From assembly GCA_000004695.1 (NCBI GenBank), contig CM000150.2, positions 3,584,001-3,648,000 on the forward strand: a stretch of 64,000 nucleotides of DNA, in the 5' to 3' direction. This document shows, one piece after another, positions 1 to 14,021 of this stretch. The first letter of the stretch is position 1; every line of letters begins with the position of its first letter. The notes under the pieces are model-generated. The model was not told where the DNA came from, did no database searches, and saw only the letters and a list, made by a program, of their open reading frames with translations. A program made the translations under genes and the position numbers. This stretch comes from Dictyostelium discoideum. Lineage: Eukaryota.

Positions 1-21
1 AAGGTATTAGAAATTTAATTA

Positions 22-100
<79 letters not shown>
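1..100. repeat. (AAT)n microsatellite, about 33 units, directly after the stop of the 102..968 gene (3' UTR, or an intron if that gene continues off-window)
   Basis: Perfect AAT trinucleotide repeat visible in the sequence. On the minus strand it reads ATT/TTA/TAT, so it is unlikely to be coding. Confidence 0.9.
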
Positions 101-101
<1 letters not shown>

Positions 102-102
<1 letters not shown>

Positions 103-968
103 TACATTTTAGTTGAAAAAACACCACTTGTAGGAGAACCAATTAAAATATGAGATTGATAAAATTCTACTTTTAATTTTTCAGAATCTAACATTACCCA
201 ACCTTTTTCTTCATCAGTTTCAGAGAAACTATAGATGAAAGCTTCGACAGGTGAGGAAATTTGTTTTTCCGATGATTTACTATCGATTTGTGGTGATTTA
301 TTATTTTGATTATTTGGTGAAGAAGGTGATGAAGAAGATGAGGAATTATTATTATTATTATTGTTATTATTATTATTGTTATTATTATTATTATTATTGT
401 TGTTGTTTTTAGATTTCTCTGGTGATTTTGAAGCGGTTAATGCACCACCCTCAGGTACGGGTCTATTTAAAAAGAAGACTGTCCAATCGTCATTTCTCTT
501 ATGGGCACCATCTGGTAACATATACTCTGATAACATTAACTCCATCTCTCCAGTTGCAATTGGATAAGGATATTGATATTTAACTTTACTACCTTGTAGA
601 ATATCAAACTCTGCTAATAATATAAACTCTACCAATTTCTTTGATTTACTACCACCATTTAATAATGATGATTGAGTTCCATTATTATTTGCTGCTGCTG
701 CTGTTGCCACTGCTGCCGCTGCTGCTGCTGTTGCTGCATTAACTGTGTTAATTACTGATGTTGATAATGTACCTTGAATTGGTGTGCCATTATTTGTTGT
801 GGTTGTAGTTGTTGATGTTGATGTTGCTGTAGTTGTGGCTGTTGAATTAATAGTTGATGATCCTCCTGAGGTTGTTGTATTAGAAGCCACTATATTTGGT
901 TGTGATAAATTGGGTGACAATGGTGATTGTGATGTTGATGATGGTGATGATCTACCATTACTTGTCAT
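102..968 (-). CDS. Ser/Thr/Asn-rich protein with a uDENN/longin-like segment; possibly partial, since the 3' end may continue off-window
   Basis: ATG at 968 follows a long poly(T)/poly(A) upstream region. The segment LLAEFDILQGSKVKYQYP...LPDGAHKRNDDWTVFFL resembles the start of uDENN/longin-type domains (my recall, not searched). Poly-N, poly-S/T and poly-A runs are present. The stop at 102 is followed by GTAATT, so a downstream intron cannot be excluded. Confidence 0.4.
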
Positions 969-1137
969 TTTTTTTTTTTTCTTTTTCTTTTTTTTATTAT
1001 TTGTTATTTATTTTTTTATTTATTCCGCTTTTTAAATAAAAAAAAAAAAAATAAAAAAATTCTTTTTTAACCCTTTTTTTTTTTTTTTTTTTTTATATAT
1101 TTATAATACAAATTTAAATTACAAGATCAACAAATGT

Positions 1138-1176
<39 letters not shown>

Positions 1177-2114
1177 AATAATATAATACAAATAAATAAA
1201 ACAGATAAACAATATAAAAAACGAATAGCAAATGGTTATTTGTATTTGTTTTTATTATTATTATTATTATTATGATCAGCACAATTGTTGTTATTCTTTT
1301 TTGATTTTTTTTTTTTTAAAAAAAAAAAAAAATTTTGCTTTTTTTTTATTTTTTTTTTTTTTATTTTTTTTTTTTTTTTTTTTATTTTAAAAACAAAAAA
1401 AAAATTGCTATATTTTTTTTTTTTAAAAAAAAAAAAAAGATATTTTAGTCCCTATTTAAATTTTCTATTCATAAATAAAAAAAAAAAATTATTTGATTAA
1501 AAGTTTTATTATTTTTTTAAGGTGTTCGGAATCGGTTTACGTGAAAAGTAATTTTCATAAACAAATTCCAACTTTTTATTTTTTTTATTTTTTTTTTTAG
1601 TTTTTTTATTTTTTTTATTTTTTTTATTTCCCAAAACACTTTATTTCCACCTTTCATTTTATTTTTCATTTTTTTTTTTTTTTTCTTTTACAATGATTTA
1701 ATTTTATTTATTTTTAATGTAGATTTGGTGTAGATAAATATAGCACTCAAAAATACAAATGATATGAAATATAAAAAAAATGAATGTAACTATTCTGTTT
1801 TATTTTTTTTTTTAATCAAAAATTTTATTTTTAGAATTTAATTATTTATCATCCATTTTTTGTAATTGTTTTTTATTTTGAAGAACAACGAGTGGGGAAT
1901 AAATTTTATATAAAAAATAGATTTATATAAAAAAAAAAAAAAAAAAAGTTTGGTTGAATTTGTTTATTTTTCTAAGTTTTATTTATTTAATAAAATAAAA
2001 TATAAAAAAAAATAAAAAAATTAAATAATTTAAACCATCAACGAGCCATTCACGATTCGTTCATAGAAATGATAATAATAATAAAATGCGATAACAAGGG
2101 TGTTAATTAAAAAT

Positions 2115-2153
<39 letters not shown>

Positions 2154-2308
2154 TATTATTATTTTTTTTTTTTATTATTATTTTTTTTTATTATTATTAT
2201 TTTTTTTTTTTTTTTTTTTGTTATTTTAATTTTATTATTTTTTTTTATCTTTGATGCACCATTGGCTATTATCTATATCTTTTAACTAATTTTTTTTTAT
2301 TTTTGGAA

Positions 2309-2323
2309 TTAGTTTAAATTAAG

Positions 2324-2355
<32 letters not shown>

Positions 2356-4840
2356 AATAAATTAACATATAATAAGTGCTTACATTTTTTGTATATTCAC
2401 CCAAAGCACCTATAAGAACGTCATTGGAGTCTATTTTTCCTAGAACATTTTGTTTATTTTCGGTTAAGATAATACAATAGATGAGAAGATCTTGACAACC
2501 TGGAAGATATTTAATGATTTTTGAATCTGGATCGTTTGGATAAGCTTTACATATTTCTTTATTTTTTTCATTGTCTGAGAATTCAAATGGTTCTAATTTC
2601 ATTTGGACTTCTTTCAATTGAATGATGTTTTTATTTGTGCTTAATAACAATTTTGTATAGATTTGTTGAACTAATTTGACAGTTTTTAAATCGACATATA
2701 TCCTATCTGGGAAAGGTGAGACTATTGATGGTACGATAACTTCATTGACTATTTCAATAATTGGATGATCAAATTTATCTAATTCAACATCTGTAAATGT
2801 TGATTCAACATAGATATCTTTAAACAATTGGTAAGATTTGGATTTTTCAAAGCTACAAGTGACATCATTATCATCACATAAAATAATTTCCCCTTTGACT
2901 GATGGAAACACATTGAAATCAAAAAACTCTGATTTGTATTTATTTGTTGTAGTTTGTCCTATAAGTTTAGTTAATAATGGAATATAAACATTTTCATATC
3001 CAAAGTTATATTCATTTGCAAATAATTTATCTTCATTGTAAACGATATTAAATGGATTCAAATGATAGTAGTTTTTATCATCTCCATAACCTTTTACCTT
3101 GGTTTCAAAGTCTAGCTTTCTCTTACCTAAAATTGCTCTGAGATCACTTGGATATTTAGTTATTAATACATTTAAATTCAACTTTTGACCTGCAATGCTA
3201 TTTAATCTTAATGATTCTTTTTTAAGATATTGGTTATCCTCTGGGTGTCTAATAATACTAACTCTCCTGTAAAAGTATTCAGAAAGATATTTCATTTTAT
3301 CACTACAAAAAGCACCACCTCCACGTGCCTCTTGCTTTCCTTGCCAATTTAAATCACCAAAGCATATCATTCCACCACCACCACCGCTACCTACTTTATC
3401 TACATCATTGAATTGATAGGACATTTTTGAATGGTCACTTCCTGAATCAGCCCTAATAACTTTTGACCAAGGTGTTTCGAATCTGTAAGAAATATTAATT
3501 GATTCAACTGCTTGAGTAATTGAATTTCTACCTCTTCCTTTCTTTGTTTGAGTATGGACCATTGTTTTAAAATTATTACCATTTGGTAAATCATTTTTAG
3601 AACTATCGATAAAATGCCAAACTATAAAAAATTTGATTCCATCCTTGTGGGCTTCTTTATTTTTTTCACTATACTCTTTATAAAGGTTTATATTTGTTGT
3701 TTGAATGAAGTATCTTCCTTTATCACTCTCATTAATTTTATAATAGTGAACATTTGTTTCTTTAGGTTTTAGATTTGTATCTGATGATGTAATATCTTTG
3801 TTTAGAATTAAATCTGCCTATTTTAAGAATGTTAGTTTGTAATTAATAAACACAAATTTATAATTAAAATTACTTACCAATTGTGACCATTTATTTAAAT
3901 AAATAACTCCATTCCATATATCAGGATCACCATCATTCTTTTTATTATCAAAAATATATTCACTCATTAGACCATCCAATTCTTTAAAAGTTTTGGGAAT
4001 TTTTGTTGCCAAAATTTTACTATCAATTACATCCAAATCAATGACTCCTGTTTTTTTCTTGTCAACCTCTTCTTTGAGGACTTGAGAATACAAAAACATG
4101 GCTGATGATACCCTTTTTGCTCCAGAACCTGGAGAAACTGTATTAATGGTTTGAATATTTAAATTACCATAAATAATATACTTTGGAATAATATGAAGTT
4201 CTTCTTTTGACAAAGTTATACAAATTGAATGCTGCGCGTGTTGACTCTTTAAAGTATTTTCCTTGAAATTAAAAAGAGGTTTATATCCTGTTTCTGGAGA
4301 ATTTGGAACACTGTGAATTACATGAATTCCCCCTTCTTCATTCCAAATGAAAAATCCTTTTGCATGTGCCTTTTTTAACACATGAAATAAATGAAAAAAA
4401 AAGAATTAACAACAACAAATTATAATAAAAAAAAAAAATAAAAATAAAAATTAAAAATTAACACATACACTATTACCACTATTACTGGGTTGATCATTAT
4501 AGGTCAAACTATTATATATAGTTTTACCAGACTTATTTGGATAACTCTGTATGTATGTTGATGTAATTGGGTTTGGCTCATCTGGATTCCTAATATTATA
4601 ATAAGCTAATTCATTAATCACTGGATTCGCCCCATTTAATTCATTATCAGTATAAATAGCACCTTGACTCTGACTCAATTGTTCTAAAACCCACCATTCA
4701 ACATTCTTTTCTCCATCTTTATCTATAAACACCTGACTTTTTGTATAAACATTTTTTGTTGTTATACATTTTGGAGGAACACAATAAATTTGTGATATTA
4801 ATAAAAATAAATATAGAACTATTATATATTTATTTTTCAT
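2309..4840 (-). CDS. DNase II-family (acid deoxyribonuclease-like) secreted protein, copy A, with a roughly 330-aa C-terminal extension; exons 4840..4469, 4369..3878, 3817..2309
   Basis: Signal-peptide-like N-terminus MKNKYIIVLYLFLLISQIYC. Splice junctions deduced as AGT|GTATGT...AAAAAG|GCACATGC and CAATTG|GTAAGT...AAATAG|GCAGAT, all phase 0, frame verified by coordinate arithmetic. The motifs AHAKGFFIWNEEGGIHVIHSVPNSP and DHSKMSYQF...ICFGDLNWQGKQEARGGGAFC match the two HxK catalytic motifs of human DNase II (GHTKGV..FWLVHSVPNFP and DHSKW..[20 protein letters not shown]). About 330 aa follow the last conserved Cys, with no recognisable domain. Confidence 0.75.
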
Positions 4841-5094
4841 TTCTTAGATATATTGTTTTTTTTTTTATTCTAGCATAAAAAAAAAAAAAAAAAAAAAATG
4901 AGACCGTTTTGTTTCAGAAAAAAAAAAAAAAAAATTGATTTTTTTGTGTGAAAAAAAAAAATGAATCTATTTTTGCACTAAAATCTAAATTTGGATTTTT
5001 TTAAAAAAAAAACGAACGAATTTTTTTTTTATTGTTTTCGAGCATCTCTGCAAATCTTTTTTAATTTTTTTTTTACGAAACAGTTCTAAAATGT

Positions 5095-5126
<32 letters not shown>

Positions 5127-5159
5127 CTCAAAAAAAAATTATTAAATCACAGAATATGT

Positions 5160-7075
5160 TTTTTTTAAATCATATTTAAATTAATAATATCATTTTTATT
5201 TTTTATTTTATATTGCAATTGTTTCACATTTGGTAGTTACACATTTGATACAAAAAATTGGTCAACAAATTGTGCACTATCATCATGTGTTTTTTATGAA
5301 TTTAATAATAATAATTATTATGATTTAAGTTCTATTGTCCACAATGATCATCAAGGTCCTTACAAAGCAAGTTTTCCTGCCGAACTTCCTGGTGGAATTC
5401 AAACACCTTATACAATGTATTTTAATCCTTGTTTTAATGATAATGTGTGTCCAGGTGGTCTTTCAGTAGGTAAATTCACAAAAAATTCTTAATTCCGTTG
5501 GTTCACTTTCAGAGCCACATTCTATAACATTAAATTCAGAAGGTATTTCTATTGAATATCAATCAGCTCTTTTACCATCAACAACATGTACCTCTAATGG
5601 TAACCGTAGAACTTTGGTTTTATTTATTACTTGTATCCCAACCGAAACATTTAAAATTATTGGTACTTATAACAGAAGAGTATTATGTGAACATACAATT
5701 TATATATCTTCAAAATTAGTTTGTAAAGATAGAGGAATATTATTTAATCAAGGTCTATTTTATGATTTAACACCAATGAAATTGTAAGTTGTTAAATTCT
5801 TTTTTATATTTTTTTTTTATTTCAATTTTTTTTTTTTTTTTGTTTTTAATAAAAAAAAAAAACACCAAACACGAAATTTCAAAATAAAAATAAAAATTAA
5901 AATATCTAACCACTTTTTTTTCAATTTTTTATTTTTTTCTTCCCACAGATTAACAAGCACTTCACACCAAATTACCAACAGTGACCAAACACAAGATATT
6001 CTCTTAATTTATTTGGAAATGTAAATAGATGTGGTACTTTCGGTACATCAACATTAAGTTGTCAATCATGTATTTTAACAGTTGCTAATAAAGCGATCGA
6101 TTATAAACTAGATTCAAGATATGCAACATCACCAAAATCAGTTATGGTAGGATCTCTCAGTCAACCAAGAATTACATTTACAAATGATGGAATAACTATA
6201 ATTTATAGCGCAATAGCAGGCTTCACTGAATGCTCATCAAATGGTAACAAATATTCATCAAAGTATATTTTAATTTGTGATCCATTCACAGAATATTATG
6301 TAGATAAATTTACATTAGAATCACAATGTATTTATCAAATTAAGGTTTATACTAAATACGCATGTCCAACATTACGTTTATTCAAACAAACACAATATTA
6401 TGACCTTTCACCATTGATGTTGTAAGTATTCAATTTATTCTTGTATTTCTTCAAACAGTTATTAATTAATAATAAAATAAATAATAGGGATTCAACAAGA
6501 AATTATACAACAAGTCATATTACAGACGGATATGAGTATAATATTGTATTCAATATTGGTAATAAAGCACAAATGTGTAGCGATGCATTTAATGATTATT
6601 ATTTTGCTTGTCAATATGATCCACGTTATAAAAGTTTTATTCCACTTGCAAAGGCAAGTTTAGGTCAAAGAGTAACATTTGATTTAAATCAAGTTAAATT
6701 CGAATATACTTCACCAATGTCAGGTTGTTTAAGAACTTTTATTATTGTTTTAACTTGTGATGAAAACCAACATTATCAATTAGTTTCAACTTTAGAATCT
6801 CCTGCATGTGTATATACAGTAACAATTAAAACTAAATATGTATGTGAATCAACAATTTATTACAATAGATTCGACTATACATATTATGATATTACTCCAA
6901 TAAAAACGTAAGTTTTAAATTAAATTTGAAATTAAATTTAAATATAAATAATAATAATAATAATATTAATAATCTTTATTGTCAACAACTAAAATATTAA
7001 TTTAATTAGAAAAAAAGATAGTCCAAATAAAATAGATATTGATGTTGGTGGATATCCATATAGAGTAAGTAAATT

Positions 7076-7120
<45 letters not shown>

Positions 7121-10100
7121 AACAAATATTTTTCTAATAGCTTTTTTATGGTATCGGTAATACTGTTGATTATTGCGGAGAACAAGTGGGATCAGTCCCT
7201 GGTGTAGATTATCAAGCTTGTCAATATCTCAGTGGTCTTGTTATTCAAGTCGGTAGTTTAAAAAATACATCAATGATTCTTAATAAGGATGGTATAAGTA
7301 TATATCAAACCTCACCATTCGATTTAACCAAAGTGTGCCAAAATACAAGATATCAAAGAGTAAACATTTTAAATATGGTATGTGATCCAACAGCAACAAA
7401 TGATGTGGTTAGCGCTACTGAGACTGCCAACGATTGGGCATGTGAATATACAATCGAAATTAAAACTAAATATGAATGTTCAATTAATTATGCACCAGTA
7501 TTACCGGTTGTTGGAAATCCATGTTCATACAGTTGTACACCACCAGGTGCTTTAAATCCAAAAGATATAGTTAGTGTACTTTTAAATTTAGGTGTTTGTT
7601 CTCAGAGATTAATAAATATGGTACAGGTGCAATCATTACTTAATATATTTAAAGATACTTGGGTTTCAAATCACAATGGGTATGATGATTGGATGGGTGG
7701 ACAACTTTATTCACTATTATTAACAGGTAAACCACAGTCAACAATTTCACCATATGTTATTTCAATTACACATGATAATTTAAGTACATATGGTACCAAT
7801 GGGTTAAGTAAAGCAAAAAATTCAATCAATGATTTTCTTACTATTACAAATGATCTTCTTGAAATTTCAAATCGTGCAGCCAGTTCAACCGTTACCAAAT
7901 ATACATATTCAGATGGAGCAATTACATAAACTTTTATCAACATCAACTGGAGGTCTTGCAATTATTAAATACAAAAATTTGCTATGCTACTATTCAATAG
8001 TCCCAAATTTACAAACTTTAATTATTGGGAGTTATTTGCTTTCTTGCCCATATTATTCACTACCAACTATACAGTGCACAGTTTAACACCATCAATAGGG
8101 AAAGTTGGAGATACTATCACAATTAATGGTCAAAATTTAGATACAGATATATATGATGTTTATTTCAACATTATTGATGACAACAGTAAAATTAAAGCAA
8201 CAATAACATCAAGAACCGTAAGTTTTGTAAAAGTAATTGTTCCAAATGGTTTTGGTTATGCATTAGTCTACACTCAAAATATACTTAATCCAACTACCTC
8301 TGATAAACTTTCATTTTCATATCCATCACCAGCGATTGTCAAAGTAATTAGTCAACCATTTAGTACAGATATCATCAATAGATTCTTTGTTATTGGTCAA
8401 AACCATCGTTCTTTAATAACCAATATTGTTATTAATCCATACATCGATAATATTGAAAAAGAAGCAATTTATTGTGAAATTGTTGTCGGTAAACAAGCGT
8501 CAAAGACTATATATCCAAGTGATTTAGATGAAAATCCAACAAATTATAATTTATATTATTATCCCCCAGCAGTTGTTGACATATCAGAAGTTTCAACTGA
8601 TGGTGGTGAAGTTATAATAAAAGGTACAAATTTTATTCCAGCCTCGCTTAAAGATCAAATTAATAATCAACCAATAATCGGTTCACCACATTCAGTAGAG
8701 TTTAATAATGTTTTATCTTCATCATGGACATGGATTGATTCAACACATGTAGAAGCCATCGTACAAAAAGGTATTGGTACAATCTCTACAATTGTAAATG
8801 TTGGTGGTCAAAGATCTGATTTAAATCCAATTCCTGTAAATTTTTACAAAAGACCTGAACTAGATAATAAAAAATATGAAAACTTTGCAAATAGTGATAT
8901 TTTAATAACTGGTTCTAATTTTGTGCCAGTTGGTTTTTCAGCAGGTTCATCAAGTTCTGTCAAAATTGGAGGTATTCCCTGTAACTCTGTAACATGGGTA
9001 GATTCAAAATCTGTTATTTGTAATGTGCCAATTGGAACTGGTGATAATTTAAATATCATCAAAAAACCGAATTAAATGATTATTTCTCATATTTAGGGCA
9101 ATGCGATTTCCTCTGTAGCGATTTATCAAATTTAGTAAGTTTTTAAACATTTTAATTACAGAAAAAAAAAAAAAAACTAAAAAATACTAATTTATTATCA
9201 TTTTTATCTCAAAGGAATTAGCAAAAGTTATTAGAGAGAATAAAAAAGATTTAAAGAGTACTCTTTTATTAACAGGTGTATGTTTAGAACAAATCGAGCA
9301 ATATAATTTCACAGATATTAATGATGAAATTGAATCAAGTTGGATTGAAAACTCAATTATTAATGATTGGACAAGTGGTAAATTCTATAATTATTTTAAA
9401 TCATCAGAATCATACTCAACAGTTAAAACACTTGCAAAATATATTACTCCAAAGAATCCATGTATTTATGATAATAAAAGAGTAAAGAATTCATTAGATT
9501 ACCATTTTGAAATCAATTCAGATATTTTCCATTTAATTGAACTTTCAATTTCATCAAAAATCAGTTATCCAGATTCACCATATGAAACTTATTTCTATGA
9601 ATCATCAAGCAACCCAGAGTATGGTCTTTCAATTATTACATTTGATTCAGCAATTTGTAGCTTTACAGAATCAACTATTCAAGACTATCAAAGTGGAAAA
9701 GAATTACAATCATGTTCAATCATTCCAATTATAAATCAAGTAATTAATCCAACAACAACACTTCAAGCACCATATCAATATTCACTTACAATTATTGGTA
9801 GATTATTTGATAGTTCAACTAGAATATTTTTATCAGGTTATGAATGTCCAATCATTGGTAATATCGCTACTAATCAAAATGATTATATTCAAACTCTTAG
9901 TTGTTCAGTACCACCAGAAATCGAATCATACTCGCCCTCTCAAATTAGTTTTTACAATGATTATAGTGAAAATAATATATAGAATATGAAGATGGATCTG
10001 ATGAAATTGTTGTTAAATTTAATAATGAACCAACAGCTATCATTGAAAACACAGAAACATACATTAAAATTAAAACCCTTAGTGGTGATGAATTTAATGT

Positions 10101-11487
10101 ACCAATTGCTGTAGAATTAAACGGTCAAATAAGTAATACAGATACTTCATTCGTTTACTCAAATCCAATAATTGAAAGTGTAACACCATCATCAAGTAGC
10201 TCAAAATCAAATACTAATATCATCATTAAAGGACAAAATCTTGGATATTTAACAAACACTCCCAAAATTACAATTGGAAGTAGTAATTGTTTAAATATCA
10301 AAACTATATCTCCAAATGAAATTCATCGTTATGAAATCAAGCGCAGGCACTAAACAATTAACATTAACCTATGAAAGTTATCAACCAACCTATTCACAAT
10401 TCACTCACAAAAACGATGATGACAGTGATAGCCACGATGATGATGATGATGACCATAAAAACAATAATGGACCAAAAAACACCATATTAAGTATTCTTGG
10501 AGGTATAATTGGAGCAGCAGCATCAGCGGCCGTAAGTGGATTTATAACAAGCATTTTCGGTGGTGCGACATCAGTAGCTACAGCAGCAGCAACAGCAACA
10601 GCTATTGCCGGTGCAATTACCGAAGGTGTTGCAGTGGCCTTTACAGGGGTATCAGTAATAGCAGCAACAGCAGGTGGTATTGTTATTACTTCAATTGTAA
10701 CAGCAACAGCCATCCTTATTTCAGGTGGAAGTACACAATCACCAAACCCAACGCCAACCGATAACTATTGGGTAAGATGTATGGTCGATTATTCAAGATT
10801 AACTTTACAAGTCGATAATCTTTACGGTCAAGATATAGTATGGATTGATGGTAATGGAATTTCATCAATTTTCAAAGAATCATTCTCTTGTAAACCTGAC
10901 CTTATTAACGATGGTATGATATGCACTCAACAACATCAAAATGGAACAAATTCAACAACCACATTTGGTAATTCAACATTAATTTGTCATATTGACCCAA
11001 CAAAATCATGTGAAATTTCACCACCATTCATCATACCATCCGATCCAATTGAAGATGATGAATATTCAAATATTTTAGAATGTCAATATAATCTCATTGA
11101 AAATTCATTATCAACACACTCTAATAATAGTCCATTAAGATGTTATAATAATGAAACTGAAAATTACTTCACTATGAATACTACACTTTCATGCTCAAAA
11201 GATGAATCATTAAGTCAAGATAAATATACGATTTCTTGTTTATCAGATACAGATGATACCCAAATCTTTTTCTATAAGAACTCAATTACATGCATTACAG
11301 ATTATCCATACTATAAATGTACAATAAAAATTAGTTAACGACTGGAACTAATGCTGAATGTCCAAAAAATGAAAAAGAACTTCATTATGATCTTTCAACT
11401 TCTCTAACATGCACAGATTATATCACACTTAAAAACTCCACTTATTCAATTTCATATTCAAATTACATTTGCATTAAAACAAAATAA
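5160..11487 (+). pseudogene. Decayed copy A of the giant MRH-lectin/IPT-TIG gene, with multiple frameshifts and a roughly 3.1-kb internal deletion
   Basis: Aligns exon by exon to copy B (15415..25732). Exon 1 has a roughly 20-bp deletion near 5460 and a degraded start. Exon 2 carries 1-bp and 3-bp deletions. The exon-5 equivalent has -1/-2 compensating indels near 7600, a 10-bp deletion at 7927 (frame break at ORF 7186..7929) and a roughly 23-bp deletion at 9060. At about 9980 the sequence jumps from the copy B position 20900 to 24035, so most TIG repeats of the last exon are lost. The tail has a further deletion. ORF fragments 6144..6425, 6441..6911, 7186..7929, 7984..9075 and 10316..11338 sit in different frames. 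Confidence 0.7.
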
Positions 11488-11849
11488 AAACAATTAAAAA
11501 ATTTTAAAAAACAAAATGATATAATAATTTAATGAAATAATTTAATTACTATTTTTACTATTTTTATTTTCGAAAAACTGTAATTAAATTATTTCATTAA
11601 ATCATTATGTCACACCACCCAAAATTCAATTCTGAAAACTTTTTTTTTTATTTAATTACCCTTAATAAAAAATTAAATGTGAAAATAAATGTTATATTTA
11701 TTTTAGTATTGTTTTTTTTTTTTATTTCTTAGTGCACCATTTGGTTTTATCTAATTTTGAAAACTAAAAAAAAAAAAAAAATTTATTTTTGGAATTAGTT
11801 AAATTTAAAAAAAAATAAATTTTTGGGATAGTTAAATTTAAAAAAAAAT

Positions 11850-13990
11850 TTAAATTAAAATATAATTAATACTTACATCTTTGGTATATTCACCCAAAAC
11901 TTTTGTAAATTCCTCAATGGAATTGATGTTTTGTAGATCACCATGTTTATTTTCAGTTAAGAGAATACAATAGATAAGATGATCTTGGCAATCTGGATGA
12001 TAATTAATGATTTTTGAGTCTGTATCACTTGGATAAGCTTTACATATTTTTTTATTAATTTCATTGTAATCCTTATCATCATGACCTTCTTCGCTATCAC
12101 TTTGATCGCCTTCGATTTTATTTGGGAATTTAAATGGTTCTAAATCATCTTTGATTTTAACTTCTTTCAATTGAATGATGTTTTCATTTTTAATAAATTT
12201 CAATTTTTTATAAAGTTCTTTTACTAAATCAATATTTTTTAAATCGATATATATCTTATCTGGGAAAGGTGCGAGTATTGATGTTGGTTCGATAACGGTA
12301 TTTTGTGTTATAGCAGTTATCGTTTCTTTACCATCTTTATTTTTTGATGAGGTAACTGTTAATGTTGATTCAACATAGATATCTTTAAACAATTGGTAAG
12401 ATTTGGATTTTTCAAAGCTACAAGTGACATCATCATTATCATCACATAAAATAATTTCCCCATTGATTGATGGAAACACATTGAAATCGAATAACTCTGA
12501 TTTGTATTCATTTGTAGTTTGATCCTTAAGTTGAGTTAATAATGGAATGTAAACATTGTCATAACCATAGTTATATTCATTTGAAAATAATTTATCTTCA
12601 TCTTTTTCATTATTGTAAACGATAATAAATGGATTCAAATGATAGTATTTTTCATCATCTCCATAACCTTTAACCTTGGTTTCAAAGTCTAACTTTCTGT
12701 TACCTAAAATTTTATTTAGATCCTTTGGATATTTAGCTATTAATCCGTTTAAATTCAACTTTTGACCTGCAATGCTATTTAATCTTAATGATTCTTTTTT
12801 AAGATATTGATTATTCTCTGGGTGTCTAATTATACCAACTCTTCTATAAAAGTATTCAGAAAGATATTTCATTTTATCACTGCAAAAAGCACCACCTCCA
12901 CGTGACTCTTGCTTTCCTTGCCAATTTAAATCACCAAAGCAAATAGTCCCACCACCGCCACCGCTATCTACTTTATCTATATTATTGAATTGATAAGAAA
13001 TTTTTGAATGGTCACTTCCTGAATCAGCACTAATAACTTTTGACCAAGGTGTTTCGAATCTGTAAGAAAGATAAATTGATTCAACTGCTTGAGAAATTGC
13101 ATTTTCACCTTTTGTAATCTTTGTTTGAGTATGGACCATTGTTTTAAAATTATTACCATTTTTAAAATTATCTATATAATGCCAAATTATAAAAAATTTA
13201 ATTTTTTCCTTGTGAGTTTCTTCAATTTTTTCATTATACTTTTTATAAAGGTTTTTATTTGTTGTTTGAATGAAGTAATCCCCTTTATTTTTACTCTCAT
13301 AAATTTTATTATAGTGAACATTTGTTTCTTTAGGTTTTAGAGTTAAATCTGATGATGTAATATCTTCGTTTAGAATTAATTTTGCCTATTTTAAGAATGT
13401 AAGTATGATGATTTATTAACACAAATTTATAATTAAAATTACTTACCAATTGTGACCATTTATTTAAATAAATAATTCCATTCCATATATCAGGATCACC
13501 ATCATTCTTTTTTTTAACCAAAATATAATCACTCATTAGACCATCCAATTTTTTAAAAGTTTTGGGAATTTCTTTTGCTAAATTTTCAATTACATCCAAA
13601 TTAATGACTCCTGGGCTTATCTTTTCAACCTCTGTATGGAGATTTTCGGAATAAAGATTGGCTGATGATACCTTTTTAGCCTTTTTACCAAGTCCTGTTG
13701 AAACTGTATTAATGGTTTGAATATTTAAATTACTATAAATAATATACTTTGGAATAATATGAAGTTCTTCTTTTGACAAAGTTATACAAATTGAATGTTG
13801 AGCATGTTGATTATTTAAAGTATCTTTGTCGTAATTAAAAAGAGGTTCATATCCTGTTTCTGGAGATTTTGGAACACTGTGAATTACATGAATTCCCCCT
13901 TCTTCATTCCAAATGAAAAATCCTTTTGCATGTGCCTTTTTTAAATAAATAAATTAAAAAAAAAAAATATGTTAACAAATAATGATAACC

Positions 13991-14021
<31 letters not shown>

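Noticed and set aside
361-1035. Plus-strand ORFs 361..567 and 784..1035 (poly-L, poly-V/F)
   Set aside because: They are antisense to the 102..968 gene and are translations of homopolymer and trinucleotide runs.
1285-2285. ORFs 1285..1500 and 2100..2285 (poly-F/K)
   Set aside because: They are pure poly(T)/poly(A) intergenic tracts. The track also appears to allow TTG as a start codon.
1100-2300. Long poly(A)/poly(T) runs as specific terminators or promoters
   Set aside because: Such tracts are ubiquitous in Dictyostelium intergenic DNA and cannot be assigned a specific regulatory role from sequence alone.
9537-9989. Small ORFs 9537..9734, 9795..9989, 20467..20970 and 37060..37563 inside exon 6 of the giant genes
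   Set aside because: They are off-frame relative to the long conserved frame, which joins exon 5 and exon 7 with correct splice phases.
10405-10713. Ala/Val/Thr-rich antisense ORFs (10405..10713, 24463..24813, 41101..41475) overlapping the Ala/Thr/Gly-rich segment of the giant genes
   Set aside because: They are mirror-image artefacts of the GC-rich GCx/ACx codon block on the coding strand. The sense strand carries a long, spliced, conserved ORF.
13089-13340. Antisense ORFs inside DNase II exon 3 and nearby (13089..13340, 27564..27797, 12977..13159, 27452..27634, 3400..3594)
   Set aside because: They lie opposite, or out of frame to, a well-supported spliced gene and have low-complexity I/F/K composition.
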